Assembly: GCA_044376435.1 (NCBI GenBank)
Contig: JBILKX010000003.1
Span: forward strand, 1 to 52,520
Direction of reading: 5' to 3'
DNA: 52,520 bases
Source: Alphaproteobacteria bacterium
Lineage (GTDB): Bacteria; Pseudomonadota; Alphaproteobacteria; JBILKX01
Part shown: positions 21,140 to 31,513 of the stretch, one piece after another
Layout: every line of letters begins with the position of its first letter
How positions within the stretch are numbered: the first letter of the stretch is position 1
The notes under the pieces: generated by a model
The model's input: the letters and a program-made list of their open reading frames with translations, nothing else
Database searches by the model: none
What the model was told of the DNA's origin: nothing
Made by a program: the position numbers and the translations under genes

Positions 21140-21961
21140 TTATTCTTCACTACTGGTGACTAGGCTAATGTCAGGCGCATCAATAGCTTTCATCCCGACA
21201 ACATGATACCCGCAATCAACGTGGTGCACCTCGCCGGTCACGCCACTCGACAAATCACTAAGTAAATATAACCCAGAACGACCAACATCCTCAAGGCTCA
21301 CATTGCGTTTGAGTGGGGAATTATACTGATTCCACTTCAAGATATAGCGAAAGTCGCCAATGCCCGAAGCGGCAAGAGTTTTAATTGGACCAGCGGAAAG
21401 AGCATTCACACGAATTTGTCTACCGCCAAGATCAACGGCTAGGTAGCGTACGCTTGCTTCTAAGGCGGCTTTCGCAACTCCCATCACATTATAATGGGGC
21501 ATTACACGCTCTGCGCCGTAGTATGTCAGCGTTAACATGCTGCCGCCGTCATTCATGATCGCAGCGGCGCGTGCACATGTCGCGGTGAAAGAATAGCAAG
21601 AAATATCTAGAGCTTGAGCAAAGTTTGCCCGGTTTGTTGAGAGGTACTGCCCCGTAAGCTCGCTCTTATTAACGTAAGCAATTGCATGAACCAAAAAGTC
21701 TATCTTGCCCCATTTTTGCGCGATTGTAGCAAAAGCTTTGTCTAAGCTTTCGTCATTGGCGACATCACACTCAAGAAGAAAATCAGAATTAATCGATTGC
21801 GCGAGAGGTGCAACACGCTTCGCTAAAACATCGGATTGATAGGTAAAGGCAAGCTCGGCACCGTGCGCGGCCAGCTCTTTGGCAATAGCCCAAGCAATGG
21901 AGTGATTATTCGCTACACCCATAATTACGCCACGTTTGCCTGCCATAAATTTGTTTGTCAT
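21140..21961 (-). CDS. fabI: Enoyl-ACP reductase
   Basis: GVANNHSIAWAIA, YNVMGVAKAALE and SAGPIKTLAASGI motifs. The ATG at 21961 follows AGAGGT. Confidence 0.96.
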   Translation of the reverse strand: MTNKFMAGKRGVIMGVANNHSIAWAIAKELAAHGAELAFTYQSDVLAKRVAPLAQSINSDFLLECDVANDESLDKAFATIAQKWGKIDFLVHAIAYVNKSELTGQYLSTNRANFAQALDISCYSFTATCARAAAIMNDGGSMLTLTYYGAERVMPHYNVMGVAKAALEASVRYLAVDLGGRQIRVNALSAGPIKTLAASGIGDFRYILKWNQYNSPLKRNVSLEDVGRSGLYLLSDLSSGVTGEVHHVDCGYHVVGMKAIDAPDISLVTSSEE

Positions 21962-22034
21962 AAGCACCTCTTAAGCAATGATCTACGTTCGCTATATATC
22001 ACAAACCCAGGCAAATTGAAAACTTTAAATTGTT

Positions 22035-22175
22035 TAGTTGATTCTGAAGAACCCACTCTGTGGACATCTGCGTCGTCAAAGTTGCGCGCCGCATGCTCAT
22101 GTATTTAAATACACTGCGCTGCGGTGCTCACTTTTTCTATCATATGTCTCACATATTGGATTCTTCAGGTCATAT
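22035..22175 (+). repeat. Palindromic element family B (~140 bp, RPE-like)
   Basis: CTGAAGAACCCACTCTGTGGACATC...GTCAAAGTTGCG...ATGCTCATGTA...GTGCTCACTTTT...CATATTGGATTCTTCAG is colinear with 47943-48087. The ends are inverted repeats. Confidence 0.85.
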
Positions 22176-22236
22176 TGAAGCCATTGCTTTTTTACATCAA
22201 CCTGAAATATGTAAAAAGCTGAATTTTCCCCAGTGC

Positions 22237-23097
22237 TTATAAACTTTGTAATAACATTTCTTCAGAGAGTTCCGTGGCACTCATGATTGCAGTTAGAGGC
22301 ACACCTTGCCGCATGAGTTCGCGGGCTATGGTAATTTTTGTTTGGAGCTCCCCCTCAGCATGCCCCTCTTTACGGGCGGTAGCAATAGTGAGGTCATAGA
22401 CTTTGATCCTGTCGACTTGAGACTCATAGATCAAATATTTTTCAGTATCCCAAGCATACATCGCAAGGAGCTCATATGCATCGCGTAGAGAAGGAAATCC
22501 AGCGACAAAATCTTCCCAATCAGTGCGGGGAATTTCATCGGTATGTTTCAAGAAATAACACCATTTCTCAATGGCCGTTACTGACTCATGGCGTTGATTG
22601 GTGAACTTAGCGAGATTTAAAAACACATAGCGTTGTGAGGTTAAATCTTGCTTATGCGTCTCTATATCAAGGATGGCATGATGAGATTTGTAACCTGGTT
22701 TATCGGGAAACACATCGAAGTCAGTGATGACAATAGTGGTCACGGGCTCGATATCTCTGTAATTGATCTTGCGGGAATTTTGCAACACATACGCACGTGA
22801 GGTATAGAGTTGCACACGCTCGAGAAACCCTTCATGATGACGCACTTGGATCTCAACAATAAAGCGCCGTCCGTGAGTGTCTTGGCACATGACATCGACG
22901 ATCGTCGCGCCTTGATCTACGATCTCACCATCTTGTGTAGTTTTGATGAAAGTCACTGAAGTGATTGGGGGATCTTGCCAGTACGCAAGTATATCATTCA
23001 GAAAATCCACGAGGATATGTTGATGCTTCTCAGTACCAAAGATAGCCTTAAAGGCCAGGTCTGTTTTAGGGTCAATAAATTTCATCAAAACGCTCAT
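22237..23097 (-). CDS. Rpn family / PD-(D/E)XK nuclease-like putative transposase
   Basis: FIDPKTDLAFKAIFG, IVDVMC...FIVEIQ, EKWCYFLK and a C-terminal KEGHAEG..IARELMRQG tail. Start placed at 23097 after AGGAG. Confidence 0.9.
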   Translation of the reverse strand: MSVLMKFIDPKTDLAFKAIFGTEKHQHILVDFLNDILAYWQDPPITSVTFIKTTQDGEIVDQGATIVDVMCQDTHGRRFIVEIQVRHHEGFLERVQLYTSRAYVLQNSRKINYRDIEPVTTIVITDFDVFPDKPGYKSHHAILDIETHKQDLTSQRYVFLNLAKFTNQRHESVTAIEKWCYFLKHTDEIPRTDWEDFVAGFPSLRDAYELLAMYAWDTEKYLIYESQVDRIKVYDLTIATARKEGHAEGELQTKITIARELMRQGVPLTAIMSATELSEEMLLQSL

Positions 23098-23283
23098 GGG
23101 TAAATACTCCTCTCTTTTACCATATTCATCTGTAGCTTTCAAATTATGAAATTAACGCAATCTATCATTACGGTTATATTATTGCAATAATTAAAATTTA
23201 AGAATGTAATTTTATAATTAAGATGTGCGACGCACCGTTGAGGTGAACCTAAAAACATGAATGAGATTGATTGGGTATATAGC

Positions 23284-23904
23284 TCATGCCTCACAGGAAC
23301 GGCGTAGGAGGCGCACGATTTCCTCAGGGGGGGTTTGATGATCAAAATGATCAAGGCACTTATTGCTGGGATCCATTAAATAGACTAAAGACGAATGATC
23401 CATGAGGTAATTGCCGCCCTCATAGGGTACTTTTGTCGCATACACACGGTACTTCTTGATCACATCATCGATGGCATTTTGCGGCCCTGTAAGCGCAAGG
23501 ATACTCGGATGAAACTGTGTCATGAAGGGGTGCAGCGCGTCAACGGTGTCGCGACTTGGGTCAATGGTAATAAAGACTACTTGCAGACGATCAAGAAGTT
23601 TTTTACGTCCCACAGCTTCTAACTGTTTTAACGCATCACTGATATTATGCAAAGCCATTGGACAGATATCTGGGCAGAAGGCATACCCAAAATATACGAG
23701 CAAGTACTTGCCAGAAAAATCGTGAAGTGAGCGAGCTTTGCCATGATGATCCAGAAGCGTGAAATCACCCCCAATCGGTAGAGGCGTCGCTGATGTAGCC
23801 ACAGATGCAGGCTGATCAGGGGATAGCCGCCAGCTGAGCCAAGCCGCCCCGATACAGAGCGTAACAGTCATTAACCCTAAAATAGTGCGTGATTTCATAG
23901 TCAT
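23284..23904 (-). CDS. SCO1/SenC family copper chaperone
   Basis: N-terminal TM; [31 protein letters not shown] and YLMDHS motifs. Confidence 0.93.
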   Translation of the reverse strand: MTMKSRTILGLMTVTLCIGAAWLSWRLSPDQPASVATSATPLPIGGDFTLLDHHGKARSLHDFSGKYLLVYFGYAFCPDICPMALHNISDALKQLEAVGRKKLLDRLQVVFITIDPSRDTVDALHPFMTQFHPSILALTGPQNAIDDVIKKYRVYATKVPYEGGNYLMDHSSLVYLMDPSNKCLDHFDHQTPPEEIVRLLRRSCEA

Positions 23905-23943
23905 TCCCCTTCCAGAGATTAATCTGTTATTGATCCCTCATTT

Positions 23944-23959
23944 TGGCCCGATCTTTGCA
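23944..23959 (+). promoter_or_regulatory. Sigma54 (-24/-12) promoter of the hook operon
   Basis: TGGCCCGATCTTTGCA is GG-N10-GC, ending 66 bp before fliK. Alphaproteobacterial class III flagellar genes are commonly sigma54-driven. Confidence 0.7.
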
Positions 23960-24025
23960 TTGTACCCTTTTGCCATGGAAGTGGCAAGATGACCAGAATC
24001 GTCAATAATAATAAGGTTAAGAAGA

Positions 24026-25885
24026 ATGATTCACGATATGCTACCTCAAGGGAATGTTGCCCATGCTCAAGCCACGGCTCCAAGAGCTACAGGAAGCGCA
24101 AAAGCTCAGTCCCTTGAGGGCCTGGTTAACACGGTAGATTTCCTGAACCTGCTGCAAAAATCACTGACAATGCCGCCGCAAGATAGAGAATATACCCGTC
24201 CTGGGCCAAGTAAAGCCATGACCCAAGCTGCAAAAATTGATTCTCCGTACTTAGGGTCCTCTGCAGCACATACGAACGTTTATGATAAGAAAGCACCCCA
24301 TGCGCCGGCTAAATCATCCCAAGATCTAGAGCATGTTCCAGCGCAAGAGGGTGTCGTGAGTTCCCATAAAGAAACTGCTCCTGCCGCAGAGCACGACCAT
24401 ATGCCTGAGCACGCTATGGAAGTTTCAGAAAAGGAGAGTGTTACACAAGGTGTGATAGAGACAGAAACTCCCCTTTGGGTTCCAGGGGTCACGCCGCTCC
24501 CATCACCGCTTTTTCAAGCCTCTGAGCTGGCTCAGGTGGACGATGTAAGTTTCCAAGCCGTCGAGCAAGGTATTGCTGTCGAAACAGAGTCAATGGCTAT
24601 GGGTAAAGCTCAGGAAACTTTCACGCATAATGAGTATGGTATACAGACAGGGGGGCAGGATTTTTCTGGAGCGCTTGCAGCTGAAGTGCAGCCTTTCTCT
24701 AATCTATATGTGCAACCTTATGTGCAACCTTTGACTAATCCAGCCGTGCAGCCTGTGGAAGGTAAGGTCGTACTTCCTACGTCTGTGCCATTAGTGGATC
24801 TGACGCAATCTGCTCCACGATCGATAGATAATGGGATTATCAATCTGCCAGAAAACACGCTCCAAAGTATGAGCGCTCAGCCGATGTTTTCTAATGTAGT
24901 GGCAACCGCCCCATCAACTCAGTTCCAAGCTGCAGAGACTGAGGGTGAGTCAGGAAATAATTTTCTACCTCTAGAAGCGCAAATGCGTGCCGTTCGTGTG
25001 CAGATTGCAAGCTCTGAGGGGTCTCCATTAGAGGGAGGGGACATCGCAAAGAATTTAGAGACACCAGTATTATCTCAACTGCAGTCACAATCGGTGCCGT
25101 CGTCTCCAGCGTCAGCACTGTCTACGGCTAGTCAGGTAAGTGACAAAGTACTCACAGAAGGATCGGTGGTCAGCCCACAAACACCGCAAGCGGTACAAGC
25201 CATAGAATCGGGTTCGGCAGTTTCTCAAGATCTTGAGAATATGCTCGATCAGCGCGTGCTGCACATTGAGCCAGAAAGTTCTCACGTGATGATGCCTGCA
25301 CTCATCACACCCGGGGTGATTAAATCCTTTGCAGCCACGACAGATGCGAACCATTTAGCTGGGGCTGCTGGTCTATCAATGATACCGAATGGGGCGTCAG
25401 GCCGGTTGCTGCAAGCGGGCACATTATTAACAGCGCATGATTTGCCTGAGCCACCCCATACACAATTGCTCAAGCATATCGAGCAGGCACAGCGCTATGG
25501 TAATGAGCGTATCCGTGTATTTTTAGAACCAGAAAACCTTGGCCCTATCGATGTCATGCTTGAAATTACACGTGATAAACGGTTGCGTCTGACGATGGGG
25601 AGTGAGAATGCAACTATTCTCGCCTTGCTGCAAAAAGAAGCGCCAAAACTCGAGGTATCACTTATCCAGGCGGGGTTTGACACACAGCATGATCAGTGGG
25701 GGTACAACCTCATGGGCGACCAAGGCTTTCATCAATCATTTTCACAACATCAAAATCAGAGCGCTCCAACACCCGGGCGGGCAACACAACCTGAGGCATC
25801 TTTAGCTGAAATCATACCTACAGCTGAAATGACTTATGATTCCCTGATTTCACGCCAATTGCTTGGCATAAACATTCTAACCTAA
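24026..25885 (+). CDS. fliK: Flagellar hook-length control protein
   Basis: Long low-complexity N-terminal part; C-terminal RVFLEPENLGPIDVML...LEVSLIQAGF; immediately upstream of flgD. Confidence 0.85.
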   Translation: MIHDMLPQGNVAHAQATAPRATGSAKAQSLEGLVNTVDFLNLLQKSLTMPPQDREYTRPGPSKAMTQAAKIDSPYLGSSAAHTNVYDKKAPHAPAKSSQDLEHVPAQEGVVSSHKETAPAAEHDHMPEHAMEVSEKESVTQGVIETETPLWVPGVTPLPSPLFQASELAQVDDVSFQAVEQGIAVETESMAMGKAQETFTHNEYGIQTGGQDFSGALAAEVQPFSNLYVQPYVQPLTNPAVQPVEGKVVLPTSVPLVDLTQSAPRSIDNGIINLPENTLQSMSAQPMFSNVVATAPSTQFQAAETEGESGNNFLPLEAQMRAVRVQIASSEGSPLEGGDIAKNLETPVLSQLQSQSVPSSPASALSTASQVSDKVLTEGSVVSPQTPQAVQAIESGSAVSQDLENMLDQRVLHIEPESSHVMMPALITPGVIKSFAATTDANHLAGAAGLSMIPNGASGRLLQAGTLLTAHDLPEPPHTQLLKHIEQAQRYGNERIRVFLEPENLGPIDVMLEITRDKRLRLTMGSENATILALLQKEAPKLEVSLIQAGFDTQHDQWGYNLMGDQGFHQSFSQHQNQSAPTPGRATQPEASLAEIIPTAEMTYDSLISRQLLGINILT

Positions 25886-25897
25886 GGAGACCCTAAA

Positions 25898-26716
25898 ATG
25901 ACTGTACGGTATAACAATAATATGGCGATAGATACGATGAATGCAATTCAGCGTCATCAAGGGGCAATGACCGCGAATAAGCAGGAAGTAGAGACCAGCA
26001 TCGCAGCAAAGAAATTTGGGCAAAATATTCAGGACTTTTTCAAGCTTCTCATTACCCAGCTACAATATCAAGATCCGTTAGAACCACTCGATACAAAAGA
26101 CTTGGTGGGTCAGCTGGTCCAGTTCTCCACGGTGGAGCAAGCATTGAATACCAACTCAAAGCTTGATGATTTGATCAAGGTGCAGCGCGAAAATCAAAGT
26201 GTGGAGGCGCTAAGATTTATTGGCCAAGTCGTCGGCTATGAAGGCAACACGATGCACTACGATGGAGAGAAGCCAGATATTATTTTCTCCTTATCACAAG
26301 AAGTGCCCGAGGTGCGGGTCAACATTTATGATAGCGCTGGTCGTTTGGTTCAAGTTGAACATTTACCAGGCATTCCTGGGCAACAGCGTATTGATTTTAA
26401 AGGCGTGGATTTGATGGGGAGACCTTTAGAACAGGGGGCATACCTTATTGAAGCACAAGCGCTGCAAGAGAATGGTACACCCGTGTATGATGCCAAAGGC
26501 GAAGCCATTAAGATTCCCGTCTATTTATCTGGGCGGGTTACCAACATTGAACGCGTGCAATCAAATGCTGTTTTAGCCATAGGTGACGTGCAAGTGCCGA
26601 TGGATAAGGTTTTGAGTGTGCGTGATCACGCGCCAACATCAGGGGCAACAGCTGCGCCAACAGTGGAGCAGATAATGCCCGCTGGCACGAATCCTGCAAC
26701 TGAAGACAATGCATAA
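25898..26716 (+). CDS. flgD: Flagellar hook capping protein
   Basis: FFKLLITQLQYQDPLEPLD...QLVQFSTVEQ motif; AAGGAG SD. Confidence 0.95.
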   Translation: MTVRYNNNMAIDTMNAIQRHQGAMTANKQEVETSIAAKKFGQNIQDFFKLLITQLQYQDPLEPLDTKDLVGQLVQFSTVEQALNTNSKLDDLIKVQRENQSVEALRFIGQVVGYEGNTMHYDGEKPDIIFSLSQEVPEVRVNIYDSAGRLVQVEHLPGIPGQQRIDFKGVDLMGRPLEQGAYLIEAQALQENGTPVYDAKGEAIKIPVYLSGRVTNIERVQSNAVLAIGDVQVPMDKVLSVRDHAPTSGATAAPTVEQIMPAGTNPATEDNA

Positions 26717-26747
26717 CTTAAAGTGACCATAATAAAGGAGAACAAAC

Positions 26748-28379
26748 ATGCAATCAGCAATGAACACAGCCGTATCTGGTCTTATAGGGAATACACAAAA
26801 AGTCAACGCTATCGCACAAAATATTACCAGTGCCAATACGGACGGCTATAAACGCACAGAAGTTATTTTCTCAACACTGGTGACCCAACAGGATTCAAGC
26901 ACAAGTTATTCCCCAGGTGGTACACGTGTGAACAGTATCCAATTCGTGGAGCAACGTGGTGATCTGCGCTCTACTGTTTCAACGACAGACCTTGCGGTGG
27001 ATGGCGCTGGATTCTTTGTGGTATCACCGCAGTCAAGCTCTACATCACCAGCTTATTTTTATACTCGTGCGGGGTCGTTTAAAACCGACAACAACGGGTT
27101 CCTCCGGAATACAGCGGGGTATTACTTACAGGGGTTTAAAACCAATGCAGAAGGTGTGCCGCTCGCGTTGAACACCAGCGTGCTCAGTAGCCTTGAAACA
27201 GTCAACGTGAGCCGTGTTAACGGTATTTCGACACCAACGACAACGATTCGCATGGGGGCGAATCTCCCGTCAGAGGATGCCGTGGGTTCCAATGTTTATA
27301 ATGAAACAATCGCGATTTATGATTCCTTAGGCGTCGAGCGTCACCTTAACTTTAGTTGGGTAAAAGCCGCTCAAAGTGGGTCGACGCAAACGTGGCATCT
27401 GTCTTTGAATAGTCCGCAAGCCTCATTTCAAAACATCACCAAAGCTGGCGGCAACGCCTTTGGTGGCACAACAACCGGTATGGTTGCTGTGGCGAACGGG
27501 TTTACCGCAACACCTATTAACAATACTGCTACCTTAGGCTACGCAACGGGTGCGGTTACAGCAGTAAACGTTACGGGCGGCAGCTTTCCAGCCTCTGTCA
27601 GTGTCACAATTGGTGGCGAAACCTTTAGTAATACCAGTGTATCAACGCCAACAACTGGCGGTGTGCTTAGGTTAACCAGTACCAACAATCCTAATAACGT
27701 TTTAGCGCTGGATTATGATACAACCAGCGTCGCTGGTATTAACGCCAACCCCGCGGCATTGCAGGCAGGGTTAACCACACTTTTGGGGAGCGCGACATTT
27801 GGTACCACACCAATGGTCGTGGTCTTTGACTCTGACGGCGCACCGTTGAGTTTTGATGGTGCAGCACTGCCTCCGACAATAGCCATTGACTGGAGCGATA
27901 GCTTAACGAACGCCAGCAGTAACTCGATTACGCTTTCCATGGGTGCGGTGGGCGATTTAGGCGGTGTGATTTGTAAAGCCGGACCGTACAACCTGACATT
28001 CTCCAGCCAAAATGGGGTCAAATTCGGTAACTTCAGTGGTGTTGAAATTGATCGCGATGGCATAGTCGCCGCTAACTTCGATAATGGTCAGTCGCTCAAG
28101 ATTTTTAAAATTCCTCTGGCGAACTTCGCGAACCCTAACAAAATGGCGAGCCGTAGCGGCGATGTGTTCATGCAAACCGATGCGTCTGGTACCTACCTTT
28201 TAAAATCGGCAGGCGCTGGTGGTATCGGTAACGTTTCCAGTAAAACGGTTGAATCTTCGACAGTTGAGTTGGCGACTGAGTTTAGTAATATGATCATTGC
28301 CCAGAGGGCGTATTCAGCAAACGTTAAGGTTATTTCCACCGCAGACGAGATGTTGGCGTCTCTTGACCGCGTAAGGTAA
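26748..28379 (+). CDS. flgE: Flagellar hook protein
   Basis: TAVSGL...NITSANTDGYK, TDLAVDGAGFFVV, YTRAGSF and VELATEFSNMIIAQRAYSANVKVI motifs. Confidence 0.96.
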   Translation: MQSAMNTAVSGLIGNTQKVNAIAQNITSANTDGYKRTEVIFSTLVTQQDSSTSYSPGGTRVNSIQFVEQRGDLRSTVSTTDLAVDGAGFFVVSPQSSSTSPAYFYTRAGSFKTDNNGFLRNTAGYYLQGFKTNAEGVPLALNTSVLSSLETVNVSRVNGISTPTTTIRMGANLPSEDAVGSNVYNETIAIYDSLGVERHLNFSWVKAAQSGSTQTWHLSLNSPQASFQNITKAGGNAFGGTTTGMVAVANGFTATPINNTATLGYATGAVTAVNVTGGSFPASVSVTIGGETFSNTSVSTPTTGGVLRLTSTNNPNNVLALDYDTTSVAGINANPAALQAGLTTLLGSATFGTTPMVVVFDSDGAPLSFDGAALPPTIAIDWSDSLTNASSNSITLSMGAVGDLGGVICKAGPYNLTFSSQNGVKFGNFSGVEIDRDGIVAANFDNGQSLKIFKIPLANFANPNKMASRSGDVFMQTDASGTYLLKSAGAGGIGNVSSKTVESSTVELATEFSNMIIAQRAYSANVKVISTADEMLASLDRVR

Positions 28380-28470
28380 TAAGTCCTCCAGGTGAATGCT
28401 AGAAAGACGCTCTGGGGTCATCTATGGCGAGGCTTTGGCTTAGGTCTCGCCTATCTGTACGATCTCGGAC

Positions 28471-29325
28471 TTATTTTAGGTCGTAAATTCTATCCAGAAC
28501 CGCTTTTGCTAAACACTGCGCGGTAGCGGCTTGAATGTAAGGATCGGCAGCAAGGCCTTCGTTATTAAACCACGCCGCTCGATAGGTGCTCGCAAACTTT
28601 TGAATAGGTTGGCCGTTGATAATCAAAGTCCAGCCCTCTCCAGTCAGCTCACCTGCGAGCACAAGCGGATCTTTGATAAGCGTTTTGAGGGTTTTTTCAA
28701 GAGTAAACCTGTGGACAGGCCCACCTTGTACTGCCTTGATCGTTGCTATCGTATCATTCGTGAAGTATCCTCCTATGGTCGTGGGCGCTAGAGTTAAAAG
28801 TTGGTTTGTTAAAAGTGTCGATATTTCAACATCGGTGATGTTTTGTTTTACGTCTGCTATCAAAGTTTTTTCAGCTTCTGAGGGCACTCTTATAAGATCC
28901 CACACTTCAAGGAATGGCTCTGTGAAAGAACGTGTGCGCCATGTACCCACGCCGAGATAAAAAAGACTTCCGCCGATGATAACTTCTATCGTGCCAAAAA
29001 GTGCTTGCCATCGAGTTCGCGGTTTGCCGCGATGGTCAGATAAGGTCTGCAACTTATCCCCCCAAGACTTTGTCTGTGTCGATTTCTGAAAAAATTTAGC
29101 GAGTCCAAGGCTAATTTTTCCATATGTTAGTCGATCAAGACCATCGGCAATAACACTTGCGCCTGCGAGGCCGTATCCGAGGGTTAGCGTTGCTGCTTTC
29201 GTAAGCGAAGGCGACTTCACGTTAAGGACTCTTGCGGTGTCTTCCTGGCCTAACTTCATTGCCTGGGCAGAGAATCCCCCAGCCAATGTAAAACTTAAAA
29301 ACGTAGTTAAAACAATATATTTCAT
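28471..29325 (-). CDS. Orphan protein with signal peptide and hydrophobic helices
   Basis: Likely start MKYIVLTTFLSFTLAGGFSAQA at 29325 after AGGAC. Hydrophobic segments TLTLGYGLAGASVIA and LFGTIEVIIGGSLFYLGV. Confidence 0.7.
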   Translation of the reverse strand: MKYIVLTTFLSFTLAGGFSAQAMKLGQEDTARVLNVKSPSLTKAATLTLGYGLAGASVIADGLDRLTYGKISLGLAKFFQKSTQTKSWGDKLQTLSDHRGKPRTRWQALFGTIEVIIGGSLFYLGVGTWRTRSFTEPFLEVWDLIRVPSEAEKTLIADVKQNITDVEISTLLTNQLLTLAPTTIGGYFTNDTIATIKAVQGGPVHRFTLEKTLKTLIKDPLVLAGELTGEGWTLIINGQPIQKFASTYRAAWFNNEGLAADPYIQAATAQCLAKAVLDRIYDLK

Positions 29326-29528
29326 AAGATAAGTCCTGAGTAATTGGGATAAAATGCTGCGACAGCTCGCTCTGAAGTACGTGCACAACCAAGCGTTGGC
29401 ATAGATTTTTGTGGCTACAATCGTCCTATTACCTGTAGAGTTTACCTATGTCTAAGTCAAGGAAAAAATCAATGCTTCAATACAGAAAACACTTTTAAAG
29501 CCAGTTATAACCGACACAATCGCCTCCG

Positions 29529-30563
29529 TCAGCAACGGTTGGATAGCGGCGTGCTGCGAGTCTCCTCGAGTATTTGCTGCCAATAATGGCAAGCAACACC
29601 TTGGTGTGAAGCTACTGCGGTAAACGCTGGGGCCTCTGTGCGACACAGAGCCGTACGCCACGGGCAGCGCGTATGGAAAACGCACCCACTTGGTGGATGT
29701 AGGGGGGAAGGCGGATCGCCTATAGTTAAAGGGATAGAGCCTTGATGGTCGACACTACAGACGGCATCGCGGAGTAACTGGCTGTAAGGATGCAAAGGGT
29801 GGTCATAGAAAGCATCGCAGGGTGCGACTTCAACGCACCGCCCAAGGTACATGACCATAACTCGATGCGCCAAACTGCGTACCGCTAACAAATCATGGGA
29901 GATAAAGATAATACCGAGCCCTAAGTGCTCTTGTAAATGCTGCAATAAGGCGAGAATCTGGTTGCGTACAGACACATCCAGGGCGCTGATGGGTTCATCA
30001 CAAATGAGAATCTTCGGCTCCAAAATCAGGGCGCGCGCAATAGCTGCACGTTGGCATTGACCGCCAGAAAGTTCCCCAGGATACCTGGTGATAATTGTGC
30101 TCGGCAAGCTCACTTGCTCAAGGGCTTGGGTGCAGCGTTGAGAGATCTCTGCGTCCGTCAGATGCGGATGATGGATACGTAGCGGTTCAACAATACTATC
30201 GCCGATCGTGCGTAATGGATTAAACGAGCTAGACGGATCTTGCTGCACAAGCTGGATCAAGCGACGCTGTTGGCGTTTTTCGAGACTTGACATCCGCTGC
30301 CAGTCACGGCCTAAGACACGCACTGATCCACTATTCAAGGTCTCAAGGCCAAGCAAGGCACGTGCAAGTGTGGATTTGCCACACCCAGACTCGCCAATGA
30401 TGCCAAGGGTTTCTCCAGCATGTAATTGAAGGCTAATATTTTGCACCGCCTGTAACGTCTCGGCGTCGGTCAGGAAGCGCCCTGGCTTTGAAACGTGTAC
30501 ATCAAAGTTTACTGAAATATGCTCAGCTTCTAACAACAAAATAGGCTCTATAAATTGTGACAT
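29529..30563 (-). CDS. oppF: Oligopeptide ABC transporter ATP-binding protein
   Basis: GESGCGKST, LSGGQCQR, CDEPISALD and PPSGCVFHTRCP motifs. Confidence 0.88.
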   Translation of the reverse strand: MSQFIEPILLLEAEHISVNFDVHVSKPGRFLTDAETLQAVQNISLQLHAGETLGIIGESGCGKSTLARALLGLETLNSGSVRVLGRDWQRMSSLEKRQQRRLIQLVQQDPSSSFNPLRTIGDSIVEPLRIHHPHLTDAEISQRCTQALEQVSLPSTIITRYPGELSGGQCQRAAIARALILEPKILICDEPISALDVSVRNQILALLQHLQEHLGLGIIFISHDLLAVRSLAHRVMVMYLGRCVEVAPCDAFYDHPLHPYSQLLRDAVCSVDHQGSIPLTIGDPPSPLHPPSGCVFHTRCPWRTALCRTEAPAFTAVASHQGVACHYWQQILEETRSTPLSNRC

Positions 30564-31513
30564 GCGACGCGATACTCAGGAGAAGACATAGATTGTAGGG
30601 GAGGGGCAACTTGGTCACAGACGGCTGAACGTCTGGGGCAGCGGGAGGAGAATTTGCACCCAGACGTTTCGAATTGCACAAGCCCATGAGCGGGAGACCC
30701 AATAATGGTGGATCTTAGGGAGGAGGTTTTGTCGAGCAAGCGTGGTGCCGCCTTAAGTAATCCTTGAGTGTAAGGATGTTGCGGGGCGCCTAATAAGTCC
30801 TTTGTAGGACCATGCTCGACAATATATCCACCATACATGACTATAACATTATCGCATAGGGAGGCGACAACGCCCAAGTCATGGGTAATCAGCACAATTG
30901 CCATCTGATACTTATATTGGTACGATTTCAGCAAAGTCAAGACCTGAGATTGTATTGTTGTATCAAGAGCGGTGGTGGGCTCATCGGCGAGGAGAATCTG
31001 CGGTTTTGTCGCAATTGCCATGGCGAGCATAAGTCGTTGTCGCAAGCCCCCTGAGAGTTCAAAAGGATACATATTGAGCCGCTGCTCTGGGTCAGTCACA
31101 TAAAGATCTTTGAGGAGATCTAAAATCTGCGCTCGCGCAGCTGGTTGGGAAATTTTTTGATGATAAATAAGCGCCTCAGTTAATTGTTCCTCCATTTTGA
31201 GGTATGGATTAAGAGACGCCAGCGGGTCTTGAAACATCATCGTCATCTGATTGCCGCGGATGGGGGACACGGTCTGAGGATCATGGCGTAACGGTAAGGG
31301 GGTGCCTTGAAACAGAATCTCCCCGGTAATTTGGGCGTTTTTAGGGCTTAGCCCCATCATAGCCAACCCAAGCTGGGTTTTTCCAGCCCCTGATTCCCCG
31401 AGAATGCCAAGGGTTTGACCAGGTTGAACACTGAAAGCGATATCGCTCAGGACCGGTAAGGACCGATCTTTATAAGGTAGGTTTACGCTAAGGTTGTTAA
31501 CGGATAGTAGCAT
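30548..31513 (-). CDS. oppD: Oligopeptide ABC transporter ATP-binding protein
   Basis: GESGAGKT, MMFQDPLASLNP, LSGGLRQR, ADEPTTALD and HPYTQGL motifs. Confidence 0.88.
   Translation of the reverse strand: MLLSVNNLSVNLPYKDRSLPVLSDIAFSVQPGQTLGILGESGAGKTQLGLAMMGLSPKNAQITGEILFQGTPLPLRHDPQTVSPIRGNQMTMMFQDPLASLNPYLKMEEQLTEALIYHQKISQPAARAQILDLLKDLYVTDPEQRLNMYPFELSGGLRQRLMLAMAIATKPQILLADEPTTALDTTIQSQVLTLLKSYQYKYQMAIVLITHDLGVVASLCDNVIVMYGGYIVEHGPTKDLLGAPQHPYTQGLLKAAPRLLDKTSSLRSTIIGSPAHGLVQFETSGCKFSSRCPRRSAVCDQVAPPLQSMSSPEYRVACHNL

Noticed and set aside
22237-22420. Intragenic small antitoxin start in the Rpn-like gene
   Set aside because: The equivalent position reads LTIA with a CTC codon, and I see no convincing in-frame start with an SD, so it cannot be supported.
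26748-28379. Unusually long FlgE
   Set aside because: Hook proteins with extra central domains of this size are common in Alphaproteobacteria.
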